14,558 nucleotides of DNA from Myxococcales bacterium. Its GTDB lineage: Bacteria; Desulfobacterota; Binatia; HRBIN30. Location: NCBI GenBank assembly GCA_037445065.1, contig JBBILD010000035.1:1-14558 (forward strand), given 5' to 3'. The notes beneath the pieces are model-generated. The model saw nothing but the letters and a program-made list of their open reading frames with translations, did not search any database and had not been told where the DNA came from. Shown one piece after another: positions 8,447-14,558 of this stretch (its first letter is position 1; the number at the start of each line of letters is the position of its first letter). The translations under genes were made by a program, and so were the position numbers.

Positions 8447-9402
8447 TGGTGCCGAGCTCCGCGCGGTCCAGGGCTCACCCAAGAGCCGGGCGGGCGGGGC
8501 AACTCTTCATCGCGATCTCGGTTCTTGCCGCCCCTTGTGCCGCGGTGCGAGCCGGACCGATCACGTTCTCGACGGCCCTCCCGATTCCGGAGGGGCAGGC
8601 CATCGTGCGCGGCCAAGCCTTCGCTGCCAGCGCGAGTGGCAGGAGAAACGGGGCGAAGCGCGATCTCACGATCCTCGCCTCTCCGTGGGTCTTCGCCTAC
8701 GGCGCCCGCCGAGACCTTGCTTTCTTCGTTGCGATCCCCGCCGTTGTCTACAAGTCCCTCGAAGGGGAGGGTTCGGAGCAAACCAGAGATCGCAGGGCAA
8801 CAGGCTTCGGGGATGTTGCTTTGTTTGCCCGCTACACCCTTTTCCAGCGCGATCTCGGGGGGGAAACGTTTCGGATTGCACCCTTTGCAGGGCTCGAGGC
8901 GCCGACGGGCGAGGACGGCGTCGGGGATGAGTTGGGACGGCTTCCGCGACCGCTCCAGCCCGGCTCGGGATCCTGGGATGCCTTCCTCGGTTCGGTTCTC
9001 ACCTGGCAAAAGATCGACTTGGAACTCGATCTCGACCTGGGTTACCCCTTCAACGGCCGCGACGAAGGAGTGGCGTTCTGCGATCAGGCGTTCGGCGACG
9101 CCTCCTTTCAGTACCGCCTATGGCCGTGCGGGCTTGGCCGTGGCCTCCCCGGGTTTTTTTACGCTGTTTTCGAAAGCAACCTCGAGTGGCAAGACAAGAA
9201 CCGCATCGGGGGCAGGCGCGACCCGGATTCCGGCGGATGGCGATGGTTCCTCGCCCCGGGCCTGCAGTACGTAGGAAAGCGTTTCGTCCTGGAAGCGATT
9301 GCTCAACTCCCGGCGTTCCAGGCGCTGAACGGGGAGGCGCTGGACACGGACTTCCAGGTGCGGGTGGGCTTCCACTGGAACTTCTGGCTCCCCCTGTCAT
9401 GA
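8443..9402 (+). CDS. Putative outer-membrane beta-barrel 'transporter' (MetA-pathway/Phenol_MetA_deg-like), 319 aa
   Basis: ATG 8443 overlaps the NHL stop (ATGA) and has a GGAGG RBS at 8431-8435. A signal peptide (LFIAISVLAAPCAAVRA) precedes GPITFSTALP. Family-like motifs are GFGDVALFARY, GLEAPTG, LQPGSGSWD and WFLAPGLQY. Alternating beta-strands end in VRVGFHWNF. Confidence 0.8.
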   Translation: MMVPSSARSRAHPRAGRAGQLFIAISVLAAPCAAVRAGPITFSTALPIPEGQAIVRGQAFAASASGRRNGAKRDLTILASPWVFAYGARRDLAFFVAIPAVVYKSLEGEGSEQTRDRRATGFGDVALFARYTLFQRDLGGETFRIAPFAGLEAPTGEDGVGDELGRLPRPLQPGSGSWDAFLGSVLTWQKIDLELDLDLGYPFNGRDEGVAFCDQAFGDASFQYRLWPCGLGRGLPGFFYAVFESNLEWQDKNRIGGRRDPDSGGWRWFLAPGLQYVGKRFVLEAIAQLPAFQALNGEALDTDFQVRVGFHWNFWLPLS

Positions 9403-9454
9403 TCGCTCTCGAGGGTAAATCCGCCTTCGGTCGCGGGCGAAGAGGTAGCTCGGT

Positions 9455-9814
9455 ATGACGCGCTTGTTCTGGAAGACGATCCGTCTTGTTTCAGCGGCTG
9501 GGATCTGTCTGGCGCTTTCGTTCGCTTTTGCTCCGTTCGTTCTCGGCGATGTACAGCAGCGAGAGATCGCCGTGCGGGTTGGTGGGCTCGCTTGCCCGTT
9601 CTGTGTTTACGGACTCGAAAAGCACTTGGGACGACTCCCGGGTGTCGAAAGCGTCGAGACCGACCTCGCACATGGGCAGGTGGTGCTCCGGATCGAAAAA
9701 AACGGGAACCCCCCTACGGAAGAGCGAATCCGCGAGGCCGTGAAGCGGGCGGGCTTCACGGTGATCGAGATCCGCGGTGGGACCAGCAGTGGAATTGGTG
9801 ACGGCGTTGATTGA
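9455..9814 (+). CDS. Exported heavy-metal-associated (HMA) domain protein, MerP/CopZ-like
   Basis: A purine-rich GAAGAGG RBS lies upstream, and the protein begins with a signal/TM helix. It then carries VRVGGLACPFCVYGLEKHLGRLPGVESVETDL...IREAVKRAGF, an HMA fold with a CxxC metal site. Confidence 0.9.
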   Translation: MTRLFWKTIRLVSAAGICLALSFAFAPFVLGDVQQREIAVRVGGLACPFCVYGLEKHLGRLPGVESVETDLAHGQVVLRIEKNGNPPTEERIREAVKRAGFTVIEIRGGTSSGIGDGVD

Positions 9815-10176
9815 ACCCCGGGGTGCCGTTCGCCCGAAGAAGCCGCAACACTGCAAAACCACGGCGTGCCCGCCGCAACGCCGGCGGCGGTGTGAGGCGC
9901 GCTGCTCTTTCACGCCCGGGACACGTTACTTGCCCGTCACCATCGTTGCCGCCGGCAACGGACGCGCTCGACCGTGTTGGTGCGTTATGCGAGCGGCTGT
10001 GTCGGGAATCTACGCTAAAGACGCCAATGAGGAGGAGGGTTGGCAAAGACCAAGCGGCTTTCCGCGGTGACCGATCCGGTGCCGACGCCACGCGGTCGTA
10101 GGGCGCAGAGCCGTGCGCCCCTCTACGTTTCGTGCTTTGGCGGCAGTGCTGTTCGTTCCCGGGCCGGATTTGAATC

Positions 10177-13100
10177 TCAGCAGCCGGCAAGTGCGTCGTT
10201 CACGGCGGCGATCAATTCCTCAATGGTGACCTCTCCATCACCGCCGGAATCGAACGAAGGGCAAGCATCCAGCGGCAGAATGCCGAGTGCGATGTTCACG
10301 CCGCGGACGAGTTCATCGATCGTTACCTCCCCATCCCCGTTGCAGTCGCCGAAGCAAAGCCCGGCCACCGCGCGCACGGTAAAGCTCCAGGCGTGGTCTG
10401 CCTGCAGCGCGTTGCCGCTCGCGTCGAGCGCCGCGGTGGTGAGCGTCGCTGTGTAGACTCCGGGCACCCAGGGTTCTCGGGCAACGAGAACGGCGGCGTT
10501 CGCCGTACCGTCCCAGCTCGCCGACGCGACGATCGGCCCGTTCGGGCCCTCCAAGCGGATGGATGCTGCGTTGATCGTGTTCGGTTCCATCGCTTCGGAG
10601 AAGCTGACCAGAACGAACGGCGCGTACAGCGGGCCGCTTGGATCGGTCGCGACCGGTTCCCGAGGGACCCGATCCAGCACCGCACCGTGCTCCGGATAGG
10701 TCCATAACACCATCGGAGCGGTGCGGTCCGCTGCCGATGGTCTCACCATGATCATGATCTCTGCCGGCCGGCTTTGGCTGACTCCGTTGTTCACCGTGAA
10801 TGTGAAGCGGTCGAGACCGGTGAAGTTTGCGGCAGGCGTGTAAGTTAGACTGGGCGGCATGCCTGTCAGCTCGCCGTTGAGCGGAGGCTCCTGGAGCGCG
10901 TAGGTCAACGGTGCGCCGCTCACATCGCGCCCACGAAGCTCGATGGCGAGCGGGGTCCCGTAGCTCGTCTCGAGGCTCTGCCGCTCGGCAACCAGCGGCT
11001 GTACGGCATTCACTACCGTGTTCGTGGCCGTCTCCTCGGGCACGCTCGGGAAGTGCACGATTGCCTGGTTGGTGATGACCGTCCCGCTCGGGAGAGCGGG
11101 CTTGACGCGGACGGTGAACGTCCGCTCTCCTTTCGATCCCGCCTCGCCTTTCGGCGCCAGTTCGCCGACCTCCCACAGGATGGTGCGTGTCGCGGGCAGG
11201 AATTCGCCCTCACCGCGCAGGTCGAGTGTCGTCTCGTCTAAGTGCGGGCTCAGCTCGTCGGTCACGTACACGCCGTAGGCGCGCCCTACGCCGACGTTTT
11301 CGTACTCGACCGTGTACGTCAGCTCCTGGCCGGGGGTAACGTCACCTGCGTGGCCGGATTTTGCGTTCGGATCGCGTGCTGCGCGAATAGCCGTGCGCCG
11401 GATACTGCACGTCGCATCCTCGCCCGCGGCCGCCCTGGTGCCGGTAGCGCCGAGCGCGCCTGCGTCCCTCGCTCCGCAGCCGGCTGCGCGCGTCGTGATT
11501 TGCAGCGATGTGCGCGGTCCGCTCTGCGGGCAGCGTACGCAGCCTTTGCCCTCTACGCACTTGCAGAAGTCGTTGAAGCAGCCGCTGTTCACGACGTACG
11601 ACTTCTCCGGCACGAGCAGGCCATTCTCGCAGGGGATCCTGCGGAAGCTGCACTGTTCGAAGACGGAGGTCCAGACGCTGCGCGCGGCGCTGTTGTCGCA
11701 CGTGAGCAGATCCTCGCGGCAAGGGAACACCACGCCTTGCTGGCCGGCGCAGTCCGCCGCGCACTTGGTCACGTCGATCACCTCGCCCATTACCGGCACC
11801 CGCTTTCCGAGGCCGGGCACGTACTCGACCGTGAGCAGGGGGCGAATCGTGTTCTGGCACTTGGCGCACGCCTCGACGTTCGCGCCTTTGCTGAGGCCAC
11901 AGGTGAAGCACGAACTGATCTTGAAGGCCAGGCCAATCGTTTTGACCGTTTTCTTGACCACCGCCAGCGACAGCTTCGGTGCCACGCAGTTGAAGAAGCA
12001 GCGCGCAAAAGAGAGGCTGCCGGCGGCTGCGCGCGCAGCCAACGGCTGCTCCGCCCATGTGCCCCAGGAGGAGAAGCGGTCCAGCGCCAAGTCCCACTCC
12101 ATGCCTCCCGCGGAATCGTACATTCGAAATGCCTGGCGCTCGTAGCGCACGCCTGCGACTCGCCCGCCGGCTAGCGAGAGAAACAACAGCGCACCGCGTT
12201 CCGGGTGCATCAGCGTAACGACGATCGCGCTCTCCCCGCGGCTGGTGCTCACTCGCGCGGCCTGCGGCAGCAGAAAACCCTCTTCCACAGCGGCTCCGAA
12301 GAGCGCCGCAAGCTCGCCGTTGCCGGCGAGTTCCGCCTCCAGCTCCGCCTCGCTCAGCGCGGTCTCGCTGGTGATGAACCGCGGATCGCGGCCGAGATAG
12401 TCGCTGACATCCGGCGCAGCCGGCAGGTTGGAGGCTGCAATGAGGGCGAGCAAGTTGTCGCTGCTTCCGTCCGGCACTCCCCATGCAAAGCGCAGCCGGA
12501 CCGAGTAGGATCCCTGCTTCTCGGCGAGACTCCCCAACCGCCAGTAGACTTCATGACGTTCGGGCCAGAAGATCGCCCCGCCGGTTGCGTCCACGAACTC
12601 CCCAGCGGCGGGCAAAACCGCAATGAGCACCGCGTCTTCGAGCGGCTCACCGGCGAAATACGAGACCGCGTATTCCGAAGAGTCCCCCGGGCTTACCCGC
12701 GCCGGGCCTTCCACGAGGACCTGCGTCGGTACGGTGCCAGCCTCGTCGGCGGCCCAGGGAAAGAACAGCACGCCGTCGCTCACTTCGTCGCCGCTGCCAC
12801 CCGGGTTTTTCGTGCGGTGGTACGGCCCGCTGGGATCGCCCCACCAGACCTGGCGTGCGTCGACGGCGAACTTCGGCGTGGAGTTGAAGACGCCGTGCGT
12901 GCGGTTTGCAGTAACTCGGCACTTTCGCAGGGTCATGGGCCCGTTCTCCGCATAAACGCCGACTGCCCCGCTTTGCGTCAGCTCGACCTTCTCGAGCACC
13001 ACATCGCCGCCGAAGTTCCGGAAAAGCGCCTTCGTGCTGTAATGGTAGTAATCCCCCCCGCCGTACCGAACGATGGCGTGGGCGAGGCGTCCGCGGCTGC

Positions 13101-14379
13101 CGCTCCCGAAGGTAATCGCTCCCCAATCTCCGGGACTTGGGCTGGTCGCAGCGCCGTCGCCGTTCGTGTCACCGCCGTACTCGTCGTCCTCCAAGCTGGT
13201 GAATACGATGGGCGCTTCGGCGGTGCCGGTCGCCTCGAAGTGTCCGTTGATGATGAGGTTGCCGCTTTCCGAGTACCTGTTGAACCCCGACTTGACCACG
13301 CTGCCGGGAGCGAGGATCAGCGATCCGCCGGCGGCCACTTCGAAATCGCCTTCGCTCTGCAGGCTCATTACGAAGTCCGAACCGTTATCCCATGTAAGCG
13401 CGTTGCGCAGAACACCGCCGAGCGTGAAGGGCACCGAGCCGCTGTCGCCGCGGTTGCCGCGCAGGGTCACGGGGCCCGGGTTTCGATCTTCAGCGAACGC
13501 GACCTGCCCCGCCCAGCCCGAAAATACGTTGTCGGTGATTTCCAGGCCCGACCCCATCCCGGGGCGGTTGTAGTAGAGACCGGCGGAGTTGTTGCCGGCA
13601 ATGCGGCTGCGGGTGACGGTGACCGGGCTTTCCGCGTACAGGCCGTACATCCCGCTGCCCTCGAGTGTCACCCGGTCGAGCACCACATCGCCGCCGAAGT
13701 TTCGAATGAGCGCCTTCGTGCCGTAAAAATAGTAGTATCCGCCGCCGTAACGGACGATGGCATAAGTGAGGCGCCCGCGGCTGCCGCTCCCGAAGGTGAT
13801 GGCCGACCACTGGCCGGGCGCGCCGGTGGTAGCGGCCCCGTCGCCGTTCGTATCGCCGCCGTACTCGTCGTCCTCCAAGCTGGTGAACACCACGGGCGCT
13901 TCGGCCGTGCCGGCCGCCTCGAGCTGCCCGTTGATGATCAGACCGTTACTTCCGTAAAGGCTCAGCGTCAGCTTGACCACGGTTCCCGCCTCGATGCGCA
14001 GCGTGGCACCGGGCTCTACGGTCACGTCGCAGGTGACCACGTACACGTTGCTCGCGGTCCAGGTCGTATCGGCAGCGATGGTCCCACAAACGTTGACGGT
14101 GCTTGCGGACCGACTAGACGGGAGCGCTTGCGCGGCAGGCAGGACGGAGATGCGGCCGAGGGCCGAGCAGAGCCACAGGGAGATCGTAACTGTGGCCCAC
14201 ACCTGTGCACGCAATCCACGGATGGCCTGAGTGAGAGGTGTTGGCCCCCGAGGCCCTGCAATGCTTTGCGCGCGGCCGGCTGTACCCGTGCAGAGGACAC
14301 GATGGGGATGCAACAACACTCGGCGACGCACCCATCCCAGTGCGTGGGCAAAGCGCGGCCGACAGAATCTTGCAGGCAT
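10177..14379 (-). CDS. 1400-aa secreted multidomain surface protein: duplicated beta-helix units, DUF11-like Ig fold, Cys-rich region, DPN-motif Ig fold, Big_9-like and Big_5/SbsA-like Ig folds, and a C-terminal dockerin/EF-hand-like module
   Basis: GAGGGAG RBS upstream of ATG 14379, and a hydrophobic signal-like segment (VWATVTISLWLCSALG...AQA). Motifs in order: GTIAADTTWT, VTVEPGATLRIEAGTVVK, GTAEAP(V/I)VFTSLEDDEYGGDTNGDG twice, VDARQVWWGDPSGP, RDPNAKSG...LTYTVEYENVG, LTYTPAANFTGLDRFTFTVNNG, DRTAPMV...VSFSEAM...DASGNAL, and CFGDCNGDGEVTIDELVRGVNIALG...DSGGDGEVTIEELIAAVNDAL. Confidence 0.88.
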   Translation of the reverse strand: MPARFCRPRFAHALGWVRRRVLLHPHRVLCTGTAGRAQSIAGPRGPTPLTQAIRGLRAQVWATVTISLWLCSALGRISVLPAAQALPSSRSASTVNVCGTIAADTTWTASNVYVVTCDVTVEPGATLRIEAGTVVKLTLSLYGSNGLIINGQLEAAGTAEAPVVFTSLEDDEYGGDTNGDGAATTGAPGQWSAITFGSGSRGRLTYAIVRYGGGYYYFYGTKALIRNFGGDVVLDRVTLEGSGMYGLYAESPVTVTRSRIAGNNSAGLYYNRPGMGSGLEITDNVFSGWAGQVAFAEDRNPGPVTLRGNRGDSGSVPFTLGGVLRNALTWDNGSDFVMSLQSEGDFEVAAGGSLILAPGSVVKSGFNRYSESGNLIINGHFEATGTAEAPIVFTSLEDDEYGGDTNGDGAATSPSPGDWGAITFGSGSRGRLAHAIVRYGGGDYYHYSTKALFRNFGGDVVLEKVELTQSGAVGVYAENGPMTLRKCRVTANRTHGVFNSTPKFAVDARQVWWGDPSGPYHRTKNPGGSGDEVSDGVLFFPWAADEAGTVPTQVLVEGPARVSPGDSSEYAVSYFAGEPLEDAVLIAVLPAAGEFVDATGGAIFWPERHEVYWRLGSLAEKQGSYSVRLRFAWGVPDGSSDNLLALIAASNLPAAPDVSDYLGRDPRFITSETALSEAELEAELAGNGELAALFGAAVEEGFLLPQAARVSTSRGESAIVVTLMHPERGALLFLSLAGGRVAGVRYERQAFRMYDSAGGMEWDLALDRFSSWGTWAEQPLAARAAAGSLSFARCFFNCVAPKLSLAVVKKTVKTIGLAFKISSCFTCGLSKGANVEACAKCQNTIRPLLTVEYVPGLGKRVPVMGEVIDVTKCAADCAGQQGVVFPCREDLLTCDNSAARSVWTSVFEQCSFRRIPCENGLLVPEKSYVVNSGCFNDFCKCVEGKGCVRCPQSGPRTSLQITTRAAGCGARDAGALGATGTRAAAGEDATCSIRRTAIRAARDPNAKSGHAGDVTPGQELTYTVEYENVGVGRAYGVYVTDELSPHLDETTLDLRGEGEFLPATRTILWEVGELAPKGEAGSKGERTFTVRVKPALPSGTVITNQAIVHFPSVPEETATNTVVNAVQPLVAERQSLETSYGTPLAIELRGRDVSGAPLTYALQEPPLNGELTGMPPSLTYTPAANFTGLDRFTFTVNNGVSQSRPAEIMIMVRPSAADRTAPMVLWTYPEHGAVLDRVPREPVATDPSGPLYAPFVLVSFSEAMEPNTINAASIRLEGPNGPIVASASWDGTANAAVLVAREPWVPGVYTATLTTAALDASGNALQADHAWSFTVRAVAGLCFGDCNGDGEVTIDELVRGVNIALGILPLDACPSFDSGGDGEVTIEELIAAVNDALAGC
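12992..13938 (-). repeat. Intragenic duplication of ~263 bp (12992..13254 and 13676..13938, offset 684 bp)
   Basis: Blocks such as TCGAGCACCACATCGCCGCCGAAGTT, CCGCCGTACTCGTCGTCCTCCAAGCTGGTGAA and CCGTTGATGAT recur at a constant 684-bp (228-codon) offset. They encode the duplicated beta-helix unit. Confidence 0.9.
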
Positions 14380-14558
14380 GGACGAACTCCCTCGGGCCGC
14401 GGGGTGCGCAAGTTGCGTGCCGCGCTCGCCGCAGTACGCCGGCTCGCTGCGGCCCGGAACATTTTCTTGTTCTCGGAACCGTGCAGCCGGAGCCGTCCCA
14501 GGGATGCGAGCTTTGGCTAGAGATGCCCTTCTCCGACTCGTTACGGAGCTTCCCTGAT

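Noticed and set aside
9924..10070. Minus-strand hydrophobic stretch followed by GNDGDGQVT, resembling the start of another dockerin-like gene
   Set aside because: Similarity is limited to about six residues, and nothing downstream matches in the frame I read, which is too little to call a remnant.
11400..12020. Multiheme cytochrome or Fe-S interpretation of the CxxC motifs
   Set aside because: There is no CxxCH and no ferredoxin spacing. In a secreted protein, disulfides are more plausible.
12205..14520. 771-aa plus-strand ORF and other long overlapping ORFs (e.g. 11242..12174, 11342..12484, 2107..3081)
   Set aside because: These are antisense or off-frame shadows of well-supported CDSs in high-GC DNA, with no recognisable motifs.

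Overview
GC-rich bacterial window. The C-terminal 'GDCNGDGEVTIDELVRGVNIALG' module and the Thr/Pro-linker surface proteins suggest Candidatus Binatia, but this is an inference. The ends carry three apparently intact large secreted or surface protein genes. These are a 5'-truncated Thr/Pro-rich LamG + Cys-knot protein (2..2914), a beta-helix/choice-of-anchor-Q-type protein with an IPTL-CTERM-like tail (~3237..4880), and a 1400-aa multidomain protein on the minus strand (10177..14379). Between them is a decaying accessory block that the ORF track hides. It holds a fragmented GH30-type glycoside hydrolase pseudogene (5061..~6542, minus), an IS256-family transposase remnant (~6600..7096, minus), and a MerR-family-type promoter (7170..7201). 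The promoter precedes a putative heavy-metal operon: a degraded MerT-like remnant, a six-bladed NHL beta-propeller interrupted by one in-frame TGA, a putative outer-membrane beta-barrel and an exported CPFC HMA protein. No rRNA, tRNA or CRISPR array was seen.
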